This document shows, in pieces, positions 36,067-45,173 of a stretch of 64,000 nucleotides of DNA. The DNA lies in contig WQZG01000009.1 of NCBI GenBank assembly GCA_009780855.1, positions 4,270 through 68,269 on the forward strand, written 5' to 3'. Both the position numbers and the translations under genes were made by a program. How positions within the stretch are numbered: position 1 is the stretch's first letter; each line of letters begins with the position of its first letter. The stretch comes from Treponema sp. (GTDB lineage: Bacteria; Spirochaetota; Spirochaetia; Treponematales; Breznakiellaceae). The notes below the pieces were generated by a model. It worked only from the letters and a program-made list of their open reading frames with translations. It ran no database searches and was not told the origin of the DNA.

Positions 36067-37788
36067 ATGGCGGCCTCCGGGTCTTCAATTCCGCAAAATC
36101 CTCTTATTATCCAAAGCGACAGAACTTTGCTTCTTGATGTACACGCGCCCAGGGCGGAGGAAGCCCGCGCCGCGATTTTGCCTTTTGCGGAACTGGAAAA
36201 ATCCCCGGAGCATATCCATACCTACCGCATTACTTCCCTTTCGCTGTGGAACGCGGCCGGCGCCGGGTTTTCTCCGGCAGATGTGGCAAATACCCTTAAC
36301 GAGTTTACCCGTTATCCGGTTCCGTCCGGCATTATCGAGGGATTCGGCGATACCATGTCCAGGTACGGGAAGATTCGCATGGCCTCAGGAGGTTCAGATT
36401 CAGGCGAACTTTCACTGGTCTGCGATGACCAGGCGATCGTTACAGAAATTGCCGCGGCAAAAAGCCTGGCAAAACTGCTTAACAAAACATCAAGCGGTTT
36501 TTGCCTTAAGCTGACCGACAGGGGAAGCGTCAAACGGGAGCTGATTAGGCTGGGCTGGCCGGTGCACGATGAAGCCCCTCTTGTCGAAGGGGAGCCGATG
36601 GAGATTACGCTTAAGCAGCCGGATACTCCGGGAAATCCCCTTGTGCTGCGCGATTACCAGATCGAAGCAGCCCGCGCTGTTACAGGATCGGGGGGGCCGG
36701 GAACAGGTTACGGGGTGGTTGTCCTGCCGTGCGGGGCGGGCAAGACTGTAGTCGGAATTATCCTGATGTCCATGCTAAAAACCAATACATTGATCCTCAC
36801 AGCGAATGTGGCGGCGGTTCACCAGTGGATGCAGGAACTTCTGGACAAGACCTTTCTTAAACCGGAAGATATAGCCGAATATTCCGGCGATACAAAATCT
36901 ACGGCGCCGGTCACGGTCGCGACTTACCAGATTATTACATGGCGGCCTGACAAGGACGGGGAATTCCCGCACTTTAAACTGTTCAGGGAAAGGCCCTGGG
37001 GATTAATCATCTATGATGAAGTCCACCTGCTGCCGGCTCCGGTATTCAGGGTGACCGCTGAATTGCAGGCGGTCAGGCGGCTGGGCCTTACAGCGACACT
37101 GGTCAGGGAAGACGGCGCCGAAGATGCGGTATTCAGCCTTGTGGGGCCGAAACGCTACGATGTGCCGTGGAAGGATCTGGAGGCAAAGGGCTGGATTGCG
37201 GAAGCTTTGTGTACGGAAATACGTCTTGATTTGCCGGATAATCTCAAGATTCCGTACGCGTCGGCTTCAAAACGGGAGAAGTACAGGACAGCCAGCGAAA
37301 ACCCGCTCAAGGAAACTGTTGTCCGCGAATTAATCGAGAACCACAGCGAAGATCAAATTCTGGTAATCGGACAGTATATCAGCCAGCTTGAGTCCCTGGC
37401 TAAAATGTTAAAGACTCCGATTATTACCGGCAGCACGCCGAACAGGGAAAGGGAGACAATTTACAGCGCCTTCCGCAAGGGCGAGATTCCGGTCATTGTC
37501 GTCAGCAGGGTGGCGAACTTCGCAATCGATCTGCCGGACGCTTCAATGGCGATTCAGGTGTCAGGCACCTTTGGTTCCCGCCAGGAGGAGGCGCAGAGAC
37601 TGGGAAGGGTACTCAGGCCCAAAGGCATGGGACACAATTCGTGGTTTTATACGCTGGTGTCGCGGGGCACTGTCGAAGAGGACTTCGCGGCAAAGCGCAG
37701 GCAGTTTCTCGCGGAGCAGGGATACAAGTACACAATCCAGCACTGGACCGCAGATGAATTAAAAATGCCCGGAGGCGCACAGCCGTGA
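36067..37788 (+). CDS. XPB/ERCC3-type SF2 DNA helicase
   Basis: Walker A 'CGAGKT', 'YDEVHLL', and the XPB-specific RED motif in 'TATLVREDG'. The N-terminal domain 'PLIIQSDRTLLLDV...IHTYRITSLSLWNA' is typical of bacterial/archaeal XPB. The ATG at 36067 is preferred over the TTG at 36037. Confidence 0.9.
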   Translation: MAASGSSIPQNPLIIQSDRTLLLDVHAPRAEEARAAILPFAELEKSPEHIHTYRITSLSLWNAAGAGFSPADVANTLNEFTRYPVPSGIIEGFGDTMSRYGKIRMASGGSDSGELSLVCDDQAIVTEIAAAKSLAKLLNKTSSGFCLKLTDRGSVKRELIRLGWPVHDEAPLVEGEPMEITLKQPDTPGNPLVLRDYQIEAARAVTGSGGPGTGYGVVVLPCGAGKTVVGIILMSMLKTNTLILTANVAAVHQWMQELLDKTFLKPEDIAEYSGDTKSTAPVTVATYQIITWRPDKDGEFPHFKLFRERPWGLIIYDEVHLLPAPVFRVTAELQAVRRLGLTATLVREDGAEDAVFSLVGPKRYDVPWKDLEAKGWIAEALCTEIRLDLPDNLKIPYASASKREKYRTASENPLKETVVRELIENHSEDQILVIGQYISQLESLAKMLKTPIITGSTPNRERETIYSAFRKGEIPVIVVSRVANFAIDLPDASMAIQVSGTFGSRQEEAQRLGRVLRPKGMGHNSWFYTLVSRGTVEEDFAAKRRQFLAEQGYKYTIQHWTADELKMPGGAQP

Positions 37789-39974
37789 CAGGTTCTGCAT
37801 ACCGTTTCCGTTCAACAGAAGAATGGAAATCCGCGATCATGAACCTTCCCCTTTTTTTTGAGCTGATGAGGAGTGTCTTTGGCAACATAAAAACTCCCTA
37901 CAACAAGCAGCGCCTGTTGGAAGATCTGTTTGTGTTCCTGTCCAGGGATGATATTCAGAAAACAATTTTGTCCATGATTGATGAAGACGATCACAGGGTA
38001 ATTGCGGCGGCGGCCCTCCTCGGTGATCCGACTCCCACGGAACTGGAAGAATTTTTCCAGGGTGAAAAGAACAGCGCCGTTCTGCGCGGACATCTGCTTA
38101 ACATGGAAGAAAGACTGTTATTGTTCAGGTTCAATGATGATACCCGGCGCGTGCGCAGGCTTGCCCTCAATCCGGTTCTTGTATCCATACTTGGACCCCT
38201 TGCCGCTGATACGGGAATATTGTTCCCGTCACAGGCAATAGCACAGTCTGACGCGGCCGGGCAGGCAGCAGTATACAACGACACCCGCACAGGAGAATTT
38301 TCTGCCGGAGACGACAGGGCCCTTGGCGCTTTTTTTGCGTTTGTATCCGCGGAAGAAGAATTTTTTAAAACAGACGGTATACGCAAAAAAGTTTATGACC
38401 AGGGCCAAAAACTTTTCCCTGGCCTGGACCTGGGAACGGCCGCTGAAGTGCTTATCAACCTGGGGCTTTTTTATACCGAAGGAGAAAAGTTCCTCCCTGT
38501 TAACAGAAAAATCCGGAGATTCGGGGAACTGGAACCTGGCGGGAGACGGGAGTACTGGGCTGCCGGCCTCTATTTTAATCTGGAAGAAAAAAAGGGAGAA
38601 AATAAAAACGGCGCTTACGGCATCTTTGGGCTGTCAAACCGGATCAGCAGCCTGGCTTCCCTGATTCATCAGTTCTGCTGCTGCCTGGCCGGCGACAGGA
38701 AATATTTAAAAGCAACCCTGTTAAAAATTTTAAAAATTTTGGAACAGCAGAATATAAACGGCTCACGGGAGTTTACCGGAAGGATCAACGCGCGGGTTTT
38801 TCTTGACGCGCTGATCACGGCGGGGATACTAAAAAATTGCGCTGCGGAAAATTATTGCAGCTATATACCGGTGACCGCCGCGGAAACCAGGGGCCCGCAA
38901 ATTGCGATGGATTCGCCGTTTACTTTTATTTTGTATCCGGGAATACGGTTCAAGGATATTTTAAAATTTTGTGTCTTTGCGGATTTAAGGGAAGAAGAAC
39001 CGTTTGGGTTTGAACTGACCAAAACGTCGGCGGTGCGCGGTTTCGACTTCGGCCTGGATTCCAAAAGCATGATCGCGATCCTCAATGACCTGTCAGGGAA
39101 CCGTATTGACGAAGGTTTGATATGGACGCTTAAGGACTGGGAGTCCAGATACGCTTCGGTTTTGCTGCATGACGGATTGGTACTTTATCTTTCCCAGGAT
39201 AAACAATACCTGGCGGACGCCGAACCAATTGTTTCGCTGATCCAGAATAAAATCGCGCCCGGCCTGTATGTGTTAAAAGGAGAAAGCGGTCCGGCGGCGG
39301 CCGCGCTGCAGAGGGCGGGCGTGGATATTGTCGCAAGGCCCCGCCGGCAGACAGAATCCGGATACGGATCAACATTCCCGTCTCCGTCAGGATCAGCAAA
39401 CGATACGCAGGTTTTTGCGATTGGAAATCCCGAATCTTCAAGTGCATCGGCTCCCGCGCCGGAAGACAGTCCGGCGGATGGTAATCCGGCTGCAGTCAGT
39501 TTACCTCCGGGAAATTCCAAAGATGAGACCAAAAATCATTTTTTAAAATTACTTGATAAAATGAAACTGACCGGACCGGAAAGGGAAGAACTGGCGGCCC
39601 GCATAGAACGCCGCGTTATAATCACGGAAACCCAACTGGACAGGACCGCGATAAAGCATCAGAAACTTGAAGCCAGGGGACTGGATTACGCCGGAAAAAT
39701 TTCCATTGTCAAACAGGCATTAATAGACGGTTCTTCGCTTGAGGTTTCCCGTACAGACATGGGGACGGAATCCGGCGTCACAGCCGGGGTTCCTTCGGCC
39801 CTGGAAAAAAAAGAAGGCGAAAGCGTGCTTGTTCTAAAACCATTCAGCGGGCAAGAATCCGGCTGGGCCGGTGAAACAGAGGCCGGCGGCGATCTGCAGG
39901 AAAATCTGATCCGTATCCCGTTGGGAAAGATCAGTTTATTGCGCATGATCAAAAGATCGATTTTTAATTATTAG
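37785..39974 (+). CDS. XPB-associated large protein (helicase-associated, p52/Tfb2-like by synteny only)
   Basis: The GTG start overlaps the XPB TGA (GTGA at 37785-37788). As I recall, actinobacterial XPB genes have a similar ~750-aa neighbour. I recognise no catalytic motif. There is a Pro/Ser-rich linker around 39330-39520. Confidence 0.55.
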   Translation: MTGSAYRFRSTEEWKSAIMNLPLFFELMRSVFGNIKTPYNKQRLLEDLFVFLSRDDIQKTILSMIDEDDHRVIAAAALLGDPTPTELEEFFQGEKNSAVLRGHLLNMEERLLLFRFNDDTRRVRRLALNPVLVSILGPLAADTGILFPSQAIAQSDAAGQAAVYNDTRTGEFSAGDDRALGAFFAFVSAEEEFFKTDGIRKKVYDQGQKLFPGLDLGTAAEVLINLGLFYTEGEKFLPVNRKIRRFGELEPGGRREYWAAGLYFNLEEKKGENKNGAYGIFGLSNRISSLASLIHQFCCCLAGDRKYLKATLLKILKILEQQNINGSREFTGRINARVFLDALITAGILKNCAAENYCSYIPVTAAETRGPQIAMDSPFTFILYPGIRFKDILKFCVFADLREEEPFGFELTKTSAVRGFDFGLDSKSMIAILNDLSGNRIDEGLIWTLKDWESRYASVLLHDGLVLYLSQDKQYLADAEPIVSLIQNKIAPGLYVLKGESGPAAAALQRAGVDIVARPRRQTESGYGSTFPSPSGSANDTQVFAIGNPESSSASAPAPEDSPADGNPAAVSLPPGNSKDETKNHFLKLLDKMKLTGPEREELAARIERRVIITETQLDRTAIKHQKLEARGLDYAGKISIVKQALIDGSSLEVSRTDMGTESGVTAGVPSALEKKEGESVLVLKPFSGQESGWAGETEAGGDLQENLIRIPLGKISLLRMIKRSIFNY

Positions 39975-40020
39975 TTTTAATTATCAGGCGCGGACAGCGC
40001 CGGTTATACAGGAGTTACAT

Positions 40021-40800
40021 ATGCCGTTACTGCCATTTTCGGTACAGCAAACAGAAACAAGCCAGGAGAAACTGGCTGTGCTTATTGACGCGGACAACAC
40101 ACAGCCTGCGATTATAGAAGGTCTTTTAAACGAAGTAGCCAAATACGGGATCGCGAGCATCAAACGAATTTACGGAGACTGGACAAGCACAAACCTGCGA
40201 TCCTGGAAAGACAGGCTGCTTGAATACGCGATACAGCCCATTCAGCAGTTCTCGTACACAACGGGAAAAAACGCGACAGACTCGGCCATGATCATTGACG
40301 CCATGGATCTGCTTTACAGCGGCAAACTGGACGGCTTCTGCATTGTCTCAAGCGACTCCGATTTTACCCGCCTGGCCGCCCGCCTGCGCGAAAGCGGCCA
40401 CATGGTATACGGCTTTGGCGAAAAGAAAACCCCGCGCGCCTTTGTCTCTGTCTGTGACAAGTTCATCTACACCGAAATACTTAGGGACGCCCAGGTCGAG
40501 GAAGAAGCCGACGAAGACAAAAAGACAGTCGCAAAACGCAAAGAATTCAAAGTCGACCAGAAATTACTGAGACTGCTCCACGACGCCGTTGACGACCAGG
40601 CCGACGAATCAGGCTGGGCCAATCTTTCAAAAGTAGGCCAGGGAATCAACAAAAGGTCAAGCGAGTTTGACCCGCGCAACTACGGCTTCCGCAAACTCGG
40701 TGATCTCTTCAGGGCAATTTCCCAGTTTGAAACCGAGGAACGCCCGCAGGAAAACGGCATGGGCCGGCAGGTCAACATACGCTGGAAGAAGAAGCGGTAG
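40021..40800 (+). CDS. NYN (LabA-like PIN-fold nuclease) + OST-HTH/LOTUS domain protein
   Basis: 'KLAVLIDADN', 'KRIYGDW', 'GKNATDSAMIIDAMD', 'FCIVSSDSDFTRLAARLRESG'. The C-terminal 'GWANLSKVGQGINKRSSEFDPRNYGFRKLGDLF' is LOTUS-like. AGGAG RBS. Confidence 0.85.
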   Translation: MPLLPFSVQQTETSQEKLAVLIDADNTQPAIIEGLLNEVAKYGIASIKRIYGDWTSTNLRSWKDRLLEYAIQPIQQFSYTTGKNATDSAMIIDAMDLLYSGKLDGFCIVSSDSDFTRLAARLRESGHMVYGFGEKKTPRAFVSVCDKFIYTEILRDAQVEEEADEDKKTVAKRKEFKVDQKLLRLLHDAVDDQADESGWANLSKVGQGINKRSSEFDPRNYGFRKLGDLFRAISQFETEERPQENGMGRQVNIRWKKKR

Positions 40801-40929
40801 GGGGATTATTATTGGCAAAGTGTTGATGTTCTTGCCAATTACAAAAGCCGTTTTGAGATTAGAAGTAAACTACCTACTATAGAACGCACAATTGCACAAA
40901 AGGGGGTTGTTCTTTATGACTGCGCTTGA
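40801..40929 (+). pseudogene. C-terminal fragment of a minimal nucleotidyltransferase (MNT) gene
   Basis: My hand translation 'GDLLLAKVDVLANYKSRFEIRSKLPTIERTIAQKGVVLYDCA*' resembles the MNT C-terminus ('VDLV....l.p.lr..I..eg..ly'). There is no start codon, and the frame begins at the NYN gene's stop codon. Confidence 0.45.
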
Positions 40930-40996
40930 TTTGGCCAATGAATGGATTCATTATGCAAAAAGCGATTTGGCAACTGCTCAACACATTTGTTTATAG
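40916..40996 (+). pseudogene. N-terminal fragment of a HEPN-domain gene
   Basis: 'MTALDLANEWIHYAKSDLATAQHICL*' is only 26 aa, with a HEPN-like N-terminal helix. It overlaps the MNT fragment by 14 nt, as in MNT-HEPN pairs, and ends where the LacI gene begins. Confidence 0.5.
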
Positions 40997-42088
40997 ATTC
41001 ATATTAGATTCCCATAGAAGACTGTGATTCGTTATATAACTGACATTTTCTTTAAGTATAAGACTATGAGATATCATTATTTCTCTCCGGGATATTGGAT
41101 TTTTTTGGTCGAGTATTTTTTCCAGTATCCGGACTGCGGTATATCCCTGTAATATTGGATCCTGGTAAACCACTGCGCCCAGTTTCCCTTTTTCAAGACA
41201 TTCCACTGCTTCATCATCAATATCGTGCTGAATAATAACCGATTTTTGACATTCATATTTTTTAAGAATATTATGCAATTGGGTACAATGTGAAGAAAGC
41301 ATATATATTACATCAGGTTTCTTTTTTACTTCTTTAAGAAAAGATGCAAATTTTTGTTCGATTTTAGGATCATTAAAATATGTATCTATGTAATTTATGG
41401 AACGGTAAATTAACGGATATTGCTCTTCGATAACCGATAAAAATCCCTTTAACCGTTGTACATCCGGATTTGATAAATTTATTTGATTTTTACCCGGTGA
41501 TTTATGGACAATCAGGACTTCACGTTCTGACTTTGATTCCAGAATTTTACCGGTAAAATTAGCTGCCAGACGGCCGCCTTCATTTGTATTTGTTCCGACA
41601 TAACCTAATCCCCGTTTTAGGGGATCATCAATATTAAAAAAGATAAAAGGAATGTTGGCTTTTTCAACCAGTTTTATAATTTTGTCCATATCGAAAAGAT
41701 TCAGATACACAAATGCCGCGGCATCCAACCCGTTTTTTATTTCATTTTTTAACAAATTACAGTATTTTTCCGTATCATATGAGGGTATCTTAATAAAATG
41801 GACTTCATAGTTGAGGGATTTTAAATAATCAGCAGCTATTAATGCGCCTTTTTCAATATCCTGCCAAAAAAAATCAGGTTGTATTGCCGTAAACAGGGCA
41901 ATTTTTTGAATTTTTTTTCTTACAAGAATTTGAGAAGCTCTATGCGGAATATAATTGCTTTTTTCAGCATAATCCAGGATACGTTTTCTTAATGCTGCCG
42001 AGACATAACCTGAATTATTGAATACACGGCTTACCGTTATGAAAGAAATACCCAAATCGTTGGCTATTTCCTTCTGGGTTATGGACAT
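40991..42088 (-). CDS. LacI family transcriptional regulator
   Basis: 'ITQKEIANDLGISFITVSRVFNNSGYVSAALRKRILDYAEKSNYIP' HTH plus a periplasmic-binding-like sugar domain. Confidence 0.9.
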   Translation of the reverse strand: MSITQKEIANDLGISFITVSRVFNNSGYVSAALRKRILDYAEKSNYIPHRASQILVRKKIQKIALFTAIQPDFFWQDIEKGALIAADYLKSLNYEVHFIKIPSYDTEKYCNLLKNEIKNGLDAAAFVYLNLFDMDKIIKLVEKANIPFIFFNIDDPLKRGLGYVGTNTNEGGRLAANFTGKILESKSEREVLIVHKSPGKNQINLSNPDVQRLKGFLSVIEEQYPLIYRSINYIDTYFNDPKIEQKFASFLKEVKKKPDVIYMLSSHCTQLHNILKKYECQKSVIIQHDIDDEAVECLEKGKLGAVVYQDPILQGYTAVRILEKILDQKNPISRREIMISHSLILKENVSYITNHSLLWESNMNL

Positions 42089-42157
42089 AATTAAATTATA
42101 TAAAAATTAAACAAATGTATCAATGCGAAAATTTCACTTGACAAATATATATTGGAT

Positions 42158-42175
42158 ATGATATACGTATATCAT
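42158..42175. promoter_or_regulatory. Candidate LacI-family operator (18-bp perfect palindrome with central CG)
   Basis: 'ATGATATACGTATATCAT' lies in the LacI/GH31 divergent region. A TTGACA sits at 42138-42143, 14 nt upstream. Confidence 0.55.
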
Positions 42176-42209
42176 ACGGGATTGAAAATAAAATAATTGA
42201 GGTTTGAAT

Positions 42210-44228
42210 ATGCCTTTATTTACAAGAGACGGTAACCGCTTAATATATCAATTTGATGCAGAAAAGCTTTGGGCAGAGCCGTGGGGAGTAAATAGTCTTC
42301 GTATTCGTTCGGCAAAAAGTGCAAAAATGCCCGGCGCCGCAGAAGATAATGAAGATTGGGCTTTGCTTTCACCAAAACCGTATGTTTCAGAAATTACTAT
42401 CAATGATGATATTGCAAAAATTAAGAATGGCAAAATCGAACTTCAGATAACCCGGTATGGAGTTATAAAAGTTTTTAATGATAAAGGAAAACTCCTGCTT
42501 GCCGAGTATATGAGGATCCGCAAAGATATAACTGATTCTCATACATACAGCAGCCTTAAAATAGAAGCCAGGGAATTTAAACCAAATATTGGCGGTGATT
42601 TTGAACTAACAATGCGTTTTGAATCTGTCTCGCAGGATGAAAAAATATACGGTATGGGCCAATATCAGCATCCTTACTTAAATTTAAAAGGAATGGAACT
42701 GGAATTGGCTCAAAGAAACACCCAGGCCAGTGTACCTTTTGCTGTTTCTAACCTTGGATATGGGTTCCTTTGGAATAATCCGGCTGTAGGAAGGGTATGT
42801 TTTGGCCGCAATATTACAACCTGGACAGCTAAATCCACAAAAAAACTTGATTATTGGGTTACTGCCGGAGATAATCCTGCAGAAATAATAAAAACATATG
42901 CCAGTGTTACCGGAACTGTTCCCATGATGCCCGATTATGCAATGGGTTTTTGGCAATGTAAATTACGTTATCAAACGCAGGAAGAGCTGCTTAATATAGC
43001 AAAAGAATATAAAAAACGTGAATTGCCAATTTCTGTAATAGTTGTGGATTTTTTTCATTGGCCTTTGCAGGGCGAATGGAAATTTGATCCGGTTTATTGG
43101 CCAAATCCGGACGCCATGGTCCGGGAACTTAAAGATATGGGTATTGAACTCATGGTTTCTGTTTGGCCCACAGTTGATTATAAAAGTGAAAATTGGAATG
43201 AAATGATTGAAAATGGATATCTTATACGCACAGAACGGGGTTTTCGCATTAGCCTGGGAGTGCAGGGCAATACAGTTTATTTCGATACGACAAATCCCGA
43301 TGCCAGAGCCTATTTGTGGGAAAAAATAAAAAAGAATTATTACAATAAAGGAATTAAAATTTTTTGGCTTGATGAAGCCGAACCGGAATATACAGTCTAT
43401 GATTTTGATAATTACCGTTATTATTTGGGACCGAATATCCAAATCGGCAATATTTATCCTGTTATGTATGCAAAAACCCTTTTTGACGGAATGAAAGCAG
43501 AAGGTCAGGAAAAAATTATTAATCTGGTCCGCTGCGCATGGGCAGGAAGTCAGCATTACGGTGCATTGGTTTGGAGCGGCGATGTATATTCATCATTTGA
43601 ATCGCTTCGATGTCAATTACCTGCCGGATTAAATATGGGTCTTGCCGGAATTCCGTGGTGGACCACAGATATTGGAGGTTTTATCGGAGGAAATATAAAT
43701 GATCCTCATTTTCATGAATTATTTATCCGCTGGTTTGAATGGAGTTGTTTTTGCCCGGTGATGAGGCTTCATGGTGATCGTGCGCCAAAAAAACCTCCGA
43801 TTGGAATGACAGGAGGAGCTCTTTGTTCATCAGGCGCGGATAATGAAGTATGGTCATTTTCTCCTGAAGTTTATGAAATCTGCAAAAAATATCTATTTTT
43901 AAGGGAAAAACTTAAACCGTATATAACAATTCAAATGAAAGAAGCTCATGAAAACGGAACCCCGGTAATGCGCCCATTATTTTATGATTTTCCTGATGAT
44001 TCTGCTGCGTGGGAAACAGAAGACGAGTATATGTTTGGTCCGGATTATCTTGTTGCCCCTGTATTATATGAAGGACAAACAGAAAGAGAAGTATATCTGC
44101 CTGTCGATCGGTCTATCGAACAAACATGGACAAATATGTGGACAAATGAAACTTTTAATGGAGGGAAACGGATTATTGCGGCCGCTCCCCTGGAAACCAT
44201 ACCTGTCTTTATCAGGACAAAAATATAA
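42210..44228 (+). CDS. Glycoside hydrolase family 31 (alpha-xylosidase/alpha-glucosidase-like)
   Basis: 'GFWQCKLRYQTQEEL', 'VIVVDFFHW', 'KIFWLDEAEPE' (nucleophile region), 'WSGD', 'WWTTDIGGF', 'MRLHGD'. ATG at 42210 with a GAGG RBS. Confidence 0.85.
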   Translation: MPLFTRDGNRLIYQFDAEKLWAEPWGVNSLRIRSAKSAKMPGAAEDNEDWALLSPKPYVSEITINDDIAKIKNGKIELQITRYGVIKVFNDKGKLLLAEYMRIRKDITDSHTYSSLKIEAREFKPNIGGDFELTMRFESVSQDEKIYGMGQYQHPYLNLKGMELELAQRNTQASVPFAVSNLGYGFLWNNPAVGRVCFGRNITTWTAKSTKKLDYWVTAGDNPAEIIKTYASVTGTVPMMPDYAMGFWQCKLRYQTQEELLNIAKEYKKRELPISVIVVDFFHWPLQGEWKFDPVYWPNPDAMVRELKDMGIELMVSVWPTVDYKSENWNEMIENGYLIRTERGFRISLGVQGNTVYFDTTNPDARAYLWEKIKKNYYNKGIKIFWLDEAEPEYTVYDFDNYRYYLGPNIQIGNIYPVMYAKTLFDGMKAEGQEKIINLVRCAWAGSQHYGALVWSGDVYSSFESLRCQLPAGLNMGLAGIPWWTTDIGGFIGGNINDPHFHELFIRWFEWSCFCPVMRLHGDRAPKKPPIGMTGGALCSSGADNEVWSFSPEVYEICKKYLFLREKLKPYITIQMKEAHENGTPVMRPLFYDFPDDSAAWETEDEYMFGPDYLVAPVLYEGQTEREVYLPVDRSIEQTWTNMWTNETFNGGKRIIAAAPLETIPVFIRTKI

Positions 44229-44241
44229 CGTAAATACAATT

Positions 44242-45162
44242 ATGATAACATCAGGAAAAATCAATAAAAACATATTATTGATCAAAAAAAATTATACGCT
44301 TTATCTTTTTTTACTTCCCGCCATTATTCTATATTTTTGTTTTTATTATATCCCCATTTATGGCGTACAAATTGCCTTTAAAAATTATTCCCCTGCAGCC
44401 GGTATTACCGGCAGTCCATGGGTTGGATTCACTCATTTTTTGAGATTTTTCAGGACCAATCAGTTTAAAGTAGTTATAAGTAATACTTTAATACTTAGTT
44501 TATATGGATTGATCGCCGGATTTCCCATGCCCATAATTTTGGCTTTGATTATGAATTCAATCAAATCCAATAAATTTAAACGGGTTTTACAAACTGTTAC
44601 ATATTTACCTCATTTTATTTCAACTGTTGTATTTGTCAGCATGATTTTACTTTTTTTATCTCCTTCAGGCCTTTTTGGACAAATTAGCAGACTTATGGGA
44701 TCAACACCCGGAAATATTATGGGAGAAGCTTATATGTTTCCCCATATTTATGTTTGGTCCGGAATATGGCAGCAAATTGGCTGGAGCAGTATCATCTATC
44801 TTGCTGCTCTCTCATCGATTGATCCAACGCTTTATGAGGCAGCTACAATAGACGGCGCAAGCAAATGGCAAAAAATAATTCAAATAGAAATTCCTTCCAT
44901 TATGCCTACCTGTATTATTTTACTAATTCTTAATGCCGGTAATATTTTAAATGTAAGTTTTGAAAAAACCTTTTTACTTCAAAACAGTCTTAATCTCTCG
45001 CGAAGTGAGGTAATAACTACCTATATCTATAAAATAGGAATTCAAAGTACTCAATATAGTTTTTCTGCGGCAGTAGGTTTGTTCAATAATATCATAAATT
45101 TTATAGTCCTTGCCCTGGTTAATTATATTTCGGGGAAATTAAGTGAAACAAATCTTTGGTAA
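44242..45162 (+). CDS. Carbohydrate ABC transporter permease (LplB-like)
   Basis: EAA loop 'EAATIDGASKWQKIIQIEIP'. The true start is likely the ATG at 44242, after the GH31 stop. The longer ORF-track start (43984) overlaps GH31. Confidence 0.9.
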   Translation: MITSGKINKNILLIKKNYTLYLFLLPAIILYFCFYYIPIYGVQIAFKNYSPAAGITGSPWVGFTHFLRFFRTNQFKVVISNTLILSLYGLIAGFPMPIILALIMNSIKSNKFKRVLQTVTYLPHFISTVVFVSMILLFLSPSGLFGQISRLMGSTPGNIMGEAYMFPHIYVWSGIWQQIGWSSIIYLAALSSIDPTLYEAATIDGASKWQKIIQIEIPSIMPTCIILLILNAGNILNVSFEKTFLLQNSLNLSRSEVITTYIYKIGIQSTQYSFSAAVGLFNNIINFIVLALVNYISGKLSETNLW

Positions 45163-45173
45163 GAGGTATATGG

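Noticed and set aside
36023-36514. 163-aa plus-strand ORF overlapping the XPB 5' region.
   Set aside because: It is in an alternative frame to the XPB N-terminal domain, which is clearly recognisable. It is Arg/Pro-rich and has no motif.
42963-43556. 197-aa minus-strand ORF.
   Set aside because: It is antisense to GH31 in an AT-rich region and reads as Ile/Phe/Asn-rich low complexity.
43984-44241. N-terminal extension of the first island permease (ORF-track start at 43984).
   Set aside because: The extension overlaps the 3' end of GH31 in another frame. The permease homology begins after the ATG at 44242.
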